Assembly: GCF_001194135.2 (NCBI RefSeq)
Contig: NC_068990.1
Location: 3,458,985 to 3,503,893, forward strand
Origin: Octopus bimaculoides
Lineage: Eukaryota
Reading direction: 5' to 3'
Length of the DNA: 44,909 nucleotides
The notes beneath the pieces were generated by a model, which saw only the letters and a program-made list of their open reading frames with translations, ran no database searches and was not told the origin of the DNA. Positions 1 to 12,700 of this stretch are shown here, one piece after another (position 1 is the stretch's first letter; every line of letters starts with the position of its first letter). Made by a program: the position numbers and the translations under genes.

Positions 1-56
<56 letters not shown>
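1..56. repeat. (TG)n microsatellite
   Basis: Direct reading; ORF 2..193 (poly-CV) derives from it. Confidence 0.97.
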
Positions 57-60
<4 letters not shown>

Positions 61-1945
61 CTTATATGTATATGTGTGTGTGAGTGTATGTGTGTACTTG
101 TGTGTGTATGCGCGTGAGTCACTACGTGTGCATGCGTGTGCGTACAGAATTTCATTAGGGCGACAGAGTCAAAAGACCCTTACAAAACATTAGCGGTGAG
201 TTCAGAATCAAACCGAACCGCGGAGACGCTATCCCATTCACAGGAGACGATATCCCATTCTAATTCAAATGACTTTTCAATTCCCAGTGTGACTTTGTTT
301 TGTCGTGCCCATCAGTAAATCACAAGAGCAAACATTTTCGGTAGCCGATTTACGCTTTGAAGAGACCTGTTTCGACTATGGTTAGCTTTATGTTGGATAT
401 TCAACAGTAAGTATTAAGAAAAATATTTATATCTATGCATCATATGGTAAAACGAAAAGAAAATTTATCCAGTTCAAGAGACGTATCCGTCTAGGAAGAC
501 AGAGTGTGGCACTGAATAAAATATAAGTTTAAATAAAGGCATTAAACTCTGATATAATGCCAGAAATGACGGGCTACTCAGCCAGTATACAAATAAGTAT
601 GGCTTTATCTAGATATTGAAATTTTAGTACCATCTGGAAAAAATACGGTAACAAACATACAAAAACGCACGTGTCTATAAATATATATCTGTATGAGTGT
701 AATTTGTATATATATGTAAATGTGTATTTATATACGTATGTGCTGTGAATGTATGTACGTATATACACGCACACACAAACATACACACACACACACATAC
801 ACACACATCTATATATACACGCGCAGAGACATACACTCATATATCCATATGTGTGGATGCTGTGTATGTGTGTGGATGCTGTGTATGTGTGTGTATGTTT
901 GTGTGTATATATAATCGAGAATATGTACATTATGGAAAGAGTAAGTAGGTAAAGGAGTGGATGGAAAGACAGAGAGCTGCGTGTCGACAATTAACTTTTC
1001 ACATTATATCTATAATATTAATCTATTGAAAACAGCTGCAGCTAACTTAACCGATAGCTCTATTATCATATTCAACAAACCAAACACCACATTGACAAAG
1101 CACATTTAAATAAACAGCTAGTATCGAGAACAGGAATCACAACTACGATGGCAACACTACAGAAAAAAATCATAGGTTCGCTAACGCACCACTATGCACT
1201 AATAGCATTATTTTGTTGTGAATCGTATTGCGCCAAAGCAGTTTTGCTCTAATTTAGTGACAAGTGTATTGACAGTTCGCATCTTCTCGTCTGCACTTTT
1301 ATGTACAGAAGACATAGTCACGCGGATGTAACAAATTCAGTGAGCGTTGAAATTATAATTAGAGATACGTTTGCAGCCGAAAAGGGACAAGAATATTACA
1401 ATATATAACACTAGTACAATTATTTCAGTATGGTCGGTGGATGGCGTCGAATTTGGGGCATGTTTTGATATAATTAAACATTTTAGTGAGGTATAAACCA
1501 ATTATTATTATCGAGATAGATGTAAGAGAACCGCTGATACAAATACGATATTTTACACCTGCACATAAAATTTGGCATAGTTTATTGAACAGAAATAAAA
1601 TTCAGAGACGCCATGAACATGAAAAACAATTGTGAAGTTAGTAATCAATAGTTAATTCTACTTAGTTGTTCACTTTATCAACCAACTTAGTTTGGAGGAG
1701 GGGATTCTATGTTCACGGTTCTTATGAAGTTCAAAGATGGAGGGCATGTAAACAGCCTATAAATGAAAGCCGAATTCAAAATCTCGTATAAATTAAGAAC
1801 CCTCATCGGTTTAAAATCCTAGCTGAAGGTGATGTGATATTCGATTACTTATTTAAAAGGTATCAAAGCTAAAGTTGTTTTTATTCACTCCTCTGTTTTA
1901 TGTCGTCACGGACGAGAGATAACAACAAACAAAACTATAGTTTCG

Positions 1946-1973
<28 letters not shown>

Positions 1974-1977
<4 letters not shown>

Positions 1978-2083
1978 ATCATAAACGTATAGGGATTGAC
2001 AGTAACCTGCTTCTCCAACATACTGATTTCTCAGTATGTTGGAGAAGCAGGTTACTGTCAATCCCTATACATTTATGATTATA
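1974..2083. repeat. Near-perfect inverted repeat (53-bp arms, 4-nt loop)
   Basis: Left arm 1974-2026 TATAATCATAAACGTATAGGGATTGACAGTAACCTGCTTCTCCAACATACTGA is the reverse complement of 2031-2083 with one mismatch (1986/2071); loop TTTC. Confidence 0.95.
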
Positions 2084-4808
2084 AATTTTTACCGAAAAAG
2101 GTTTTTTTCATACTGAGCTACCCGGCAGAATTGTTAATTATTAATTTTATTACTAATTGATGATTTCCCTGCCCTGCATATCTATATATATATATATATA
2201 TATAAACAATTGCNNNNNNNNNNNNNNNNNNNNNNNNNNNNNNNNNNNNNNNNNNNNNNNNNNNNNNNNNNNNNNNNNNNNNNNNNNNNNNNNNNNNNNN
2301 NNNNNNNNNNNNNNNNNNNNNNNNNNNNNNNNNNNNNNNNNNNNNNNNNNNNNNNNNNNNNNNNNNNNNNNNNNNNNNNNNNNNNNNNNNNNNNNNNNNN
2401 NNNNNNNNNNNNNNNNNNNNNNTATGTATGTATGTGAGTATGCACGTATGTACTTATGGATGTACGTGAGTAATAGGGTAATTGTGTAGACGTATTTGTG
2501 TGTGTGTGTGTGTGTGCATATGTATGTGCATGTGAATGTATGTTTATGTACTGATATGTGCGTCAGTTCAAGTTGTATACATGACAGTTACTTTGTTGAA
2601 GGTTGTATATACGCACATATATACATATGCATATATACATATGTAAACACGCACACACATATATGTGTGTGTGTGCGTTTGCCCCTCTCACCATCGTCTA
2701 ACGGTGAATTGATACAACGTCTTAGATACATATATGTACATATATAACCTTACTTATACATATACTTGTAGACCTGTTTATATATGAGCTGCAAGATGAC
2801 TGGAGTGAAAGAGGAGGGGATAAAAACAGTTGGTGTTAAATGGCAGCAGGAGGCGAGGAAGAAGAGGGTAAATGGGTGTGGAACTATAAACAGGAATTGG
2901 ATGGCAAAAAGGATTTAGTTCGAAGGTTCTAAATTTCAGTCTGACGGTAGAAGAAACGCAGTTAATCGGAAGATGAGCAATCATGCAAATGGAAGGAGAA
3001 TGTGAGAATCCAGTAATAAAATATAAATTTGAGCACGGGACAAAAACAAGGTTCCAGATTTAGTGTAAAAAATAAGACTTAATTTGAATTACATAAAATT
3101 TTCTCTATTTTTATGGAACATAATGGAAATTAAAAGAGGATAGAAAAGGCTGCCTCTTTTATATATTGGTCTTTTCATGTTACAATCTAAATCAAACACG
3201 AAAATTATATTCCTAAATCTTCCGAAACACTAAAAATGACTACACTACACAGTATGTACATTAAATATTCTGCTTTTAGAGTGCAACCTCAAGTTCCAGT
3301 CCGTGTTTCGGAAGAGGGCAATCGTATGCACGCGTTTGTGTATTTGTATTTGGGTGTAATTTAAAACCTGATCATTCTGATATTCTACTCTTGACCGGGT
3401 CACCCAATGTATGCTGACCACATATAATTACCGCGTTTCATTCGAGGAAATCAACTATGCAAGAGGCACATTATGGAACCCTACAGCATACCAGAGATTC
3501 AAGGCCAGCATAAACCTCACTGATGTCTATAAACAACTAAAAGTTGTCTCTCTCTCTGTACTGATACACCTTATAAAAGTGCATGCGTCTTCATGCTATG
3601 AGAGGTTGCCAATGCTACTCAAATCACAAAGTTGTGGTAAAAGACTACCTGAATTCAATCTGAATTCATGAAGAACGAAATATTCATAGCTCTGGTTAAA
3701 ATCAAACTAAGCAATTCTGTATTTATAATGTGCACACGCATATATACACAGAGTCTAGAAAGTAACTATCTAAACAGATTCGTTAAATCTTTATGCGTGT
3801 TTGTGTATGTGTGTGTGTGAATCTGTGTGACTGAATGTACGAGTACATAGATTTAGCGAATCGACTATATAGATGTTAATGTATATTTTGGCATTTTTTC
3901 ATCATATGCATAATATTTAGAGAAATATAATCAAACTACATAATTCCATTCACGCTCTAACGAAAGCTTAAAATGAAAAAGAATACATAGATAATGCATT
4001 TCAAATGCCAGCAGATGCAGTCTGTGTTTGATATCGCGCAAACGTGTTCGTAACCACCTCGAGCTGTTTCGTTGTAATTCTAATGACAAAGAAAAAAATA
4101 TATTTTATAGATTTTGATCCAACTAGCGACTAGCATTAGTTATTAAAACTTGTAATAAACTTAACTAATCTACATCATTTTCTCTAAGGATTCCTGTTTC
4201 TTTCATCGGCTTAATGCTTACGTAACGACGTTGAATAATAAGATTTATGAAATGAAATGATTAACACTTTGAAATATTACGAAAAGAATATAATCCGCAA
4301 GTCTCGCTGAATTCGCGAATATTTTGAAGCACATATTAGATTCTAAATACATGAAAGTGATAATTTACAAGTAACCATTATTGTAATCTGGCAAGGAAGC
4401 GATGAATCTCCTTTCGGGTTTATGGAACCAACAGTATACATTAAAAGATTGATAAGAAAGTGGAAGAGATTAGTAATATGTGATTTGTTTTAATAGCAAA
4501 ACACTGATTTCGATGCATTGCCACTTTGTCACAGATTTGCAAGGGAGTTTGCTGCTATATATTTGTAAAGAAATATGTGAAATACAGCCGACAGAGATTG
4601 AATATGAAATATGCATATAGACTGCATCAACGTAATATACTACATACGTATTGCGATTGACGCATTAAAATTTCGGTTAACGTTATATAAAAAGAAGGAT
4701 ATACTATATCATTGGGATAAGTTATTCAGGCAAAATTTGAAGCGTGTATATTATGAAACTTTGATACTTTTAATGGTGATGGTCATATTGTTGGTAATTT
4801 CTTATATT

Positions 4809-5015
4809 TTTTTACTTATTTCAGTCATTTGACTGCGGCCATGGTGGAGACCACCTTTGGTCGAACAAATCGACCTCTGGATTTATTGTTTGTAAACTTA
4901 GTATTTATCATATTGGGCTCTTGTGTCAGACCACTAAGTTACAGGGACGTAAACACGCCAACATCGGTTGTCAAGCGATGGTGGAGGAGAAACACAGACA
5001 CAAAAATACATGCAT
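4809..5015 (-). mobile_element. 3' half of CORE-type (OR2-like) SINE
   Basis: Reverse complement matches the 3' half of the SINE at 19120-19325 (ccaccatcgctt..., gtcgatttgttcga..., catgg..gcagtcaaatgactga.a.aagtaaaa). Family name from recall, not from a search. Confidence 0.8.
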
Positions 5016-5016
5016 A

Positions 5017-5017
<1 letters not shown>

Positions 5018-5064
<47 letters not shown>
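5018..5064. repeat. (AC)n microsatellite (internal to the minus-strand SINE)
   Basis: Direct reading. Confidence 0.95.
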
Positions 5065-5068
<4 letters not shown>

Positions 5069-5071
5069 GGT

Positions 5072-5438
5072 GGAGGCGCAATAGCCCAGTGGTAACGGCA
5101 GCAGACTCGCGGTCGTAGGATGGCGGTTTCGATTCCCAGACCGGGTATTGTGAGCATTTATTGAGTAAAAATACCTGAAGCCCCACGAGGCTCCGGCAGA
5201 GGGTGATGGCGAACCATGCTGTACTCTTTCACCACAACTTTCTCTCACTCTTTCTTCCTGTTTCTGTTGTACCTGTATTTCAAAGGGCCAGGCTTGTCAC
5301 ACTCTGTGTCACGCTGAATCTCCCCGAAAACTACGTTAAGGATACACGTGTCTGTGGAGTGCTCAGCCACTTGCACGTTAATTTCACGAGCAAGCTGTTC
5401 AGTTGATCGGATCAACTGGAAACCTCATCGTCGTAACC
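5072..5438 (+). mobile_element. tRNA-derived SINE (second family, apparently full length)
   Basis: tRNA-like head GGAGGCGCAATAGCCCAGTGGTAA (box A TAGCCCAGTGG) and box B-like GGTTTCGATTCCC, then a non-tRNA body; terminal palindrome CAGTTGATC-G-GATCAACTG at 5400-5418. Confidence 0.8.
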
Positions 5439-6009
5439 CTTCTTTCCTGTTTTACAACATTGGTGCTCCACTAAGTCACGGGTCGAGAGTTTATTTGCAT
5501 CTGCTTTGAACCACCTATACACTTACAGCGAATACGTGATGCAAGCTACCAGCTCACACTCAACTGCAAGTGATGGCTAAGTATACCCTAACTTGCAGAC
5601 ACATATTCTATGCGCTGACTACTTTAAAAATTATTACTTTTCCGGGTTGATTGCCTCTTTATATGTGTAGTATATGATTTTTCCAGATGTTTTAGCTGTA
5701 ATCCATTATATTTAGGAAATGGCTGCTGATTTTAATACTATGTTGGACCCAGCTTCACATTCTGAAGTCAAATGTAATTATTGTAAAGCTGTATTCATGG
5801 AAGCTACATTCGTCCCTATCAAATGAAATGACACTGGTTACACAACATTCATCTAATGTGTCGCTTGCCGTCAATCCATAGTCTTTTTAATTTCTTAATA
5901 TTGATCTTTAATTAAATCGGAAAGGCATACATTACACGAGAGATTATAGAGGATGATATCGATTATAAAGAGATCAATATTTACTTGGCCTTTAATTTTT
6001 TTCTTTCGT

Positions 6010-6070
6010 CTCTGGAACGATGTAAGGCAAAGTCGACCCCGGACAAGTTTGAACGCAAATAGAATGTTAT
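6010..6070 (-). mobile_element. Fragment of the abundant tRNA-derived SINE (family A)
   Basis: GGCAAAGTCGACCCCGGACAAGTTTGAAC is the reverse complement of the family core GTTCAAA...GGTCGACTTTGCC. Confidence 0.65.
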
Positions 6071-7733
6071 ATAACTAAATACCACAGATAATTTTCTCTT
6101 TTACTCCACCGATCTATCCTTCTCCAGTATTAACCATAATACATTTCTTTCTCAAGATTTTCTTCATCATCAAAGTAGCTTATAATTTTTCTGCAAGGGA
6201 TATCAGGTTTCTTTATCTGCAAGCCCAAATATTTTACAGGGGTAAGGAAATCAATATTACATTTGAGACTGATATTTCATAAATTAGAAAGGCAATATTT
6301 TTTTGCGAGATAAACTTTAATAATATTTGAAACGTTTATATTATTTTTTTTTCATAATTAACTTTGCTTCCTTATTTATTATTTTTTTTTTTATTTCGCT
6401 TTAGATCCTTAGAGGTAATGGCGTTGCTACATAAATTAAATAAGTTGAAAGTAAGTTTTCCTTTTATCGTAAAAAAAGATAACTGAAACTTTTAATTAAC
6501 ATTATAAAACACTAGTACGAATTATGATATGAACGTAGATTAAATGTGAGTTCAAATATGATTAACTATATGTTATTGAATGATAGTGGACATATAGGGC
6601 ATACACAAAATCATGTGAACGTGCATATGTGTGTGCGCATGTATGTGTATGTATAGTGTTATTTGTGCATGTATAAAGCGTTGTGTATGTGTGTGCGTGT
6701 AAATATGTGTACGCTTATTCTTTGAATATGTTTATATTGTACACGAGTAGAAGTAATTCTAGATATGGACAAGAACAAAAAGCAAAAAAAATCACATTTC
6801 CTTCCTAATTTACCCTATACAAATCTGCGTATTAGATATCTAAATTAAGTTATTTTTTACTTCAATTAATTAGCATAGTTAATTAATATTGTTATCACCA
6901 TCAAATATACATAGAGACATTGTGGCTAATATCGTGATTAAATTCTACCCTCTTAACTTTTTGAATACTGCCTATTCATTTTGTAATTTATGTGTTGTTT
7001 TTAATGCTTCAAAACAGAATTAATTAAAATATGTTTATCTGCAAAAACTTTTCTCAGTCAAACTTCATAAGACTGAACTTCATCAAAAAAGTTTAATATT
7101 AGTTGATTAAAGAAGTATATTTATTCTTTATTATGTGTTTTCCAATATGTATGAAAAACCATATTTTCTTTTATTAGCTTGTACATTTTTAATATTTGTT
7201 CATCTAGGATTTTAGTGCAAGTAAATTTATACATCAGGCCATGTGTTGACAGCACTGTTACAGGGAAAGATGCATTCCAATATTTAGTCCCTCCACTTTA
7301 CGCTTAGATTTCAAATCCTGATGTGGTGAACATCACGTTTCTTCCTTTTCTTGCACGGATCAATAAAGCACTATCAAAATCAGAGGCTTAATTCAATCGA
7401 CTAAAACTAATATCTCCCAGACATATTGTAAACATGCAAGACGACAGAATCCGAAATAAATCGCCCCAACGGCCAACATGTTCGTATCGGAAGCAACGAC
7501 TCTTGGGAATACTAGCTCTGATAGGCAACTACTGTAATTAAGGATACATCTGTTATCGTCCACTGGGAATGATCAGGAAACAGATAAAGTGAAATAAAAA
7601 CTCATTTAGAAATACACACCTGAAGTTGATCTGATAGTAATAATTACATCTTTTAAACATAAATTTTTGAGTATGACAAAATTAAAAGTTAATGTCGTAT
7701 TGTATCTTTGTTGCAATTACTGCTGTTATTACT

Positions 7734-7930
7734 GCAGAGAGCTGGCAAAATCGTTAGCGTGCCGGACAAAACGCTTAGCAGCATTTCGCCCGTTTATATG
7801 TTTTGAGTTCAAAATTCCGTCGAGGTAGACTTTGCCGCCTATCCCCTCGGCGTCGATAAAATAAGAACCAGTTGCGCACTGAAGTCAATGTAACTGACTT
7901 AAGCCCTTCACTACAATTTAGGCCTCATAC
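7734..7930 (+). mobile_element. tRNA-derived SINE, family A
   Basis: GAGCTGGCAAAATCGTTAGC...GAGTTCAAAATTCCGTCGAGGTAGACTTTGCC...GTCGATAAAATAAGAACCAG; aligns with the copy at 38800-39031. Confidence 0.88.
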
Positions 7931-8189
7931 ATTTAGTGCATGTTATAAAACGACAATTAGATAGAACCGTGAGGCCGACGGAACAATTATGCGACATATA
8001 TTCCGATTACTATACTTTGTGTTCAAATTGCAGCAAGGCTAATTTTTTCTTCCATCCCTGCAGTAACAATAAAATAAAGTACCATTCATTCAGGGCTAAC
8101 AGATTCTCAACATTACTAAACTCTGTGCCTCCATTAGAACCTATTATTACTGATGTTATACTATAACCAGTTATTACTTTCGTTACTAG

Positions 8190-8415
8190 TGTGGTAGTTT
8201 GACAGAATAGAGAGTCAAATGAAATGCCTTACGGAGTGTTTCTTCGCGGTATTTCTTCCCGCTCTACATCGTGCGTTCAAATTCTGCCCAAGTCGACTTT
8301 GTTGCTCAGCCTTTCCGGGTCGATAAAATAAGTACTAGCTGAGTACTCTGGTCGATGTAATCGACTACCACCACCAAATTTTCAAGCCATGTGACTATAA
8401 TAGAATGTATTATTC
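8190..8415 (+). mobile_element. tRNA-derived SINE, family A (diverged)
   Basis: GTTCAAATTCTGCCCAAGTCGACTTTG...GGGTCGATAAAATAAGTACTAG...GGTCGATGTAATCGACT core. Confidence 0.82.
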
Positions 8416-8604
8416 TGAATTCAACTTCCCAAAACTCGACTTGTCTTTCATTTTTCCAGGATTCATGTAAATTAAGTACTTCAGCCACTTTAATCAAGTA
8501 TTTCAGCCACTTTAATCGATGATGTTTCGATTTGTGTCTATGTTCCAAACAATTATTATTAATAATATTGGGAAAGAGAATCGTTGTGATATTTATTCTG
8601 ATTT

Positions 8605-8760
8605 TTTTAGGATCTGAGTCTAAATTCCACCGAGGTTTACTGACATCCCTTCGGTGCTGAAACAATAAGTATCAGTGAAGCACTGCGTTCGATAGAATCA
8701 ACTCCATAGAATCAACCCCGAAATTTCGGGTCTCTTACCGATTATAGGAAGGATTACTGC
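8605..8760 (+). mobile_element. SINE family A, 5'-truncated and diverged
   Basis: CTGAGTCTAAATTCCACCGAGG...AATAAGTATCAG...GGAAGGATTA tail. Confidence 0.65.
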
Positions 8761-8789
8761 TATTGGAAAAGGAATTGAATAACAAAATC

Positions 8790-9085
8790 GTTAATGCGTT
8801 AGATAAAAATTCATTCTGGTATATATTTAGGATCCTTCTGATTTGGCGGACACCATTTTTTATTTAGTTTTTATTTAGTTTTTATTCGTATATTTTGTCT
8901 TATAGAACAGAAGAATTTTTATATTCGAAATTATTTCATGTTAAAAGTTTGGAAGTGTTTCCTTAGAAAACAAATGGTGTCCGCCAAATCAGAAAGATCC
9001 TATATTTATGATCTAAGTTCAAATCCTACATAGGTCGACTTTGCTTATCATGTTTCTGCTGTTGAACCTTTAAGAAATAATTCCT
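8790..9085 (+). mobile_element. SINE family A remnant interrupted by a MITE
   Basis: The core AAGTTCAAATCCTACATAGGTCGACTTTGC follows the MITE; head-like sequence precedes it. Confidence 0.55.
8830..9000. mobile_element. 171-bp MITE, ~29-bp TIRs, 8-bp TSD TATATTTA
   Basis: Left TIR GGATCCTTCTGATTTGGCGGACACCATTT and right AAATGGTGTCCGCCAAATCAGAAAGATCC differ by one mismatch; identical TATATTTA at 8822-8829 and 9001-9008. Confidence 0.9.
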
Positions 9086-9538
9086 AATATTATTACTAGC
9101 ATTAATACAAGACCGGATGAAATGACTTATGGTATTTCGATTGCCTTCGTTTGGTTTTGTATTTCTTTTATTTTGGTTCTATAAAATGAATTCCAGTATT
9201 CATTTACTGACAATGTGTCGTCTTATCCATTTATTACAAACCATTATTGTTCAAAGTAAAAGCATTTGTAGATAGTACAGTGAGTCATCTCACTGTTCGT
9301 TTATTTCTTTTTGTCTTATATGGTTCTACATATAAGCTAAGTATCCAGTAATTAGGAAAATATTTCTTATGTCACTTTGAGCATTATATTTAGCTTCGTA
9401 CTCACACTGTCAATGTTCCAAGCATCTTCAATAATTTTAATTGTTTATTGGTGCCTGTAACTCCAAACGTCTCGTAGGAAAATTAAACTGCTATCACACG
9501 ACATCTCGTATACATTATTACTATTTCATGCAAAAGTA

Positions 9539-9735
9539 GAGCGACAAGCTAACGGAATTATTAGCATCGCAGACAAAATACATCGTGGCATTTCTTCCAA
9601 ATTTACATTCAGTATTCAAATTCCACCAAGGTTGATTTTGCCTTTCATCTTTTCGGGGTTGATATAATGAGTATGAATTGATGACTGGTGTTGATGTAAT
9701 CGACTTCCTCGCACCAAAAATAAAACTTAGGTTTT
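9539..9735 (+). mobile_element. tRNA-derived SINE, family A (diverged)
   Basis: TTCAAATTCCACCAAGGTTGATTTTGCCTTTCATCTTTTCGGGGTTGATA...GATGTAATCGACT core. Confidence 0.82.
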
Positions 9736-12700
9736 TATGCCTGTAGTTGAAAGTATTATTTCTATGCCAAAGTCACAAATTGAAAAGCACACCTATAATG
9801 TTTGTTACTCCTCTGGCTCTGATATATTCTGCCAATTCGTGATGTTAAAACATATTGTGGATTTTCTTGGCTATCCAAGAACGTGTGGATCATACAGTGC
9901 TTCGGAGTGGTCCCGCACAGTTTCTGTCACTCTAATTTCATTTACATTGTTGGATAGGATCGAATCTATGGTAAAAAGATTTCTAAAACTTAAACGAATC
10001 TGCCGAGTTATCGAAAGTAGACTTTGGAGACTGCAAAATGAAAATATTAAGAACATAGCTCCATAGTTTCTCATATTTCCCAGAACAAAAGGCAAGCTGT
10101 AAAATTCATAAATACTACCATCTTTTTTAATTATACAATGTAATCCGAGAATATTCGGTAAGCTTTACCTCTACAGTACCTATTTTCTACACGACCTTAT
10201 CTCTCATCAAATCTTAGTTGTGGAAATGAACTACTAGCCATCAAAGTCTTTGTCTACCATCCTATTGATGAAGCAGCAATTTTCAAGTCTCTTATCTAAC
10301 CAATTTTATTTCAGCTAAATAATAATTTTTTATGGCTCATATTGTAGCTTTGAGAATTTACGTTTCTTTCCCTTTCAATTATTCTGCAAACTATATGGAA
10401 CAGACAAAATGTCTAAAGTATTAAGGAATACTGAAAGAAAAATATGGAATAGAGTATTCCCTTAAATACAATTGGCAAAATATATTTCATCGATATACTC
10501 ACATCAATAAAAATATATGGTATAATCATATTTCTCATTCAAATATGGAAATTAATAATACCACCACAGAACAACAAAAATGCAAAAGAAACTTGAAATA
10601 TGTATATGTCTGTATGTTTACATGTGTGTGAGTGTATGCCTCTGGGGCCCAGATAAGAAATGAAGAAACCATACAATTAAGCTGAAACTATATAACAAAA
10701 ATATATACTAAAGCTGCAGTTGCCAGGAATATGGATAGTTCATTTATGAAGCATAAGATGAAGTTCAAAGTGGCATAAAGAATGTTTTATGTAACCATCT
10801 CTTGATACAATATAAGTAGCCATGTAAGAGAGAAAAAAAAATGAAATATAATTCTGAATTACATCCAAAGAAATGGATGTTAGTAAGTTTTATTACATAT
10901 ATAAAATTCTTATTTTGATAATGGTTGATAGGTTGAAACAGACGTCATGTCTCATTTGCAGTTTCTTCTTCATATTCTCACAAAAGGATGTCTGTTCTAA
11001 CGTTATGAAGCGTAACTGTTCTGGAACGTGAGTGAAATGCAAATTAAGAATTATTATTTACAGGAATATGGTATCTAGGTATTGAAAAACCTAGACTTTG
11101 TTAACCTTGCAACAAAAAATAATATTTGGTTATGATAATGGTGTTATGAAGTGTAAGGCGAAACGCTGTTGTTAATGTCATTGATATTGTTGTTGTTCTG
11201 CTGCTTTGGTAGGAGTGTGTATACATGTGTGAGTGCTTGTTTCACATACATGGTGGGTTGAACAATAAGTATTGCTTTCTTCTTCTTTCTTGAATTATTG
11301 CTGATTTATATTTTGGCCTGATTTTTTTTTATATTCTCAAATTATTTATTTTATTAGATCTTTTAATTAAAAAAAAAACGGGAAGAAGAGGGATGAGAAA
11401 GGAAAATAAAGGAAAGGAAACACAGGAGGGGTACAGCAGTAGAATATGGGGGAGAGGGGAATGGGCCACATATCCCAGAACAAATTCAGTGCTCAGCCGC
11501 GTCCCGCAGTAATGACCACGGTGGTGTTGCCACCTTGCTTGCAGTGGAATTTTTTATTGTCGACCTCACGATACTAATATTCTTCCAGCTACACACACAA
11601 ACACACACACATACTGCCCCCCCCCCACATCTTATCGTCATTTGCCAATGTCTCCTCTCTCCCACTTTCTGTCTTTCTGTCAGTCGCCTACTTTCTATAC
11701 CTTTGCTATTTTATCACATTCACTCTCTCTCTCCCCCCCCCCTCTCTCTCTCTTTCTTTAGCGTTTATCTTTGTTCTTTCCACATCCTGCAAGCGCTATT
11801 TATCTCAGCCCACCCAGTATCTCTTTTCACATGACTTTCTGTCGCTCAAACTGCTGATTCTCACTTTTAGCCTCCTTATCTACTTATTTATCTAATCTTC
11901 TACTTTTATGTTACCCACCTCCTCTCTCTTCACCTGTCTCTCTCGCCATTTCTGTCCCTCTACCTCATTCTTTCTCTCTCTTTCCTACTCTCTCTTTCCC
12001 TTCTCTTGCTATGACTCCTGCTAATTCTTTACCAAAGTTACAACAAATCATCAACATACGATTTGGCGTTTTCTAAATGGGTTTTAGGTGTGTTTCTGTC
12101 TTAGTGATTTATTGAAACATTTGGGATGTATTTTGTACATTTAGTTCATTTTTCCTCTACGTTAATTCCCAAAGATCAAGCAGTTCAGTCATATTGAGCC
12201 ACAGAACACAGTTGTGGAAATGTTTCGCTTTATGTAATATAAAATTCTTATTGATATCCGAAAGATACTCCCCTGAAATTTATTAGTCGGTCACAGACAT
12301 TCTGCTTTAAGTCTGTAAAAGTTATACTTTATATAGAAATAATATGTAATTTCCTATTTGAACTTTTGTAAATTAACGACAATCTTCAGGAACATAATTA
12401 GAGTACAACCCCCACCCCCACCCCCCACCCGGTACATATCCTAACAAACTTTTGGACACCGATGTGTGCAATAAAATAAACCAAAGTTAAGCTATTTCTA
12501 AAAGTACTAATTTCTCAAATGATATTACCATAGACTTCAGCATTTACTTGACGTTCTATTTGATAAATTCACTAAATTTAAATAAGAAATCCAGTCTTAT
12601 ATATCAAGTGGTTCCAGATATTATCATTTGACATTCTCTCAACATGTGTATTTAAAAGCGAAATCACTTTGCAGAGTAAAATTCTTTTCTATAATTCAAT

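Noticed and set aside
222-260. GGAGACG(C/A)TATCCCATTC duplicated with a 21-bp period
   Set aside because: Only two adjacent units; a local tandem duplication, not a CRISPR or functional array.
3411-3671. ORF with INLTDVYKQL, faintly like L1 endonuclease LxDxYR
   Set aside because: One short motif, no GDFN/SDH support; too weak to call.
5072-5145. tRNA-like heads here and in other SINEs as real tRNA genes
   Set aside because: They lack intact cloverleaf and acceptor pairing and continue into SINE bodies.
9737-10095. Overlapping ORFs; AFCSGKYEKLWSYV faintly like a LINE C-terminal zinc finger
   Set aside because: No complete CCHC motif or other LINE evidence.
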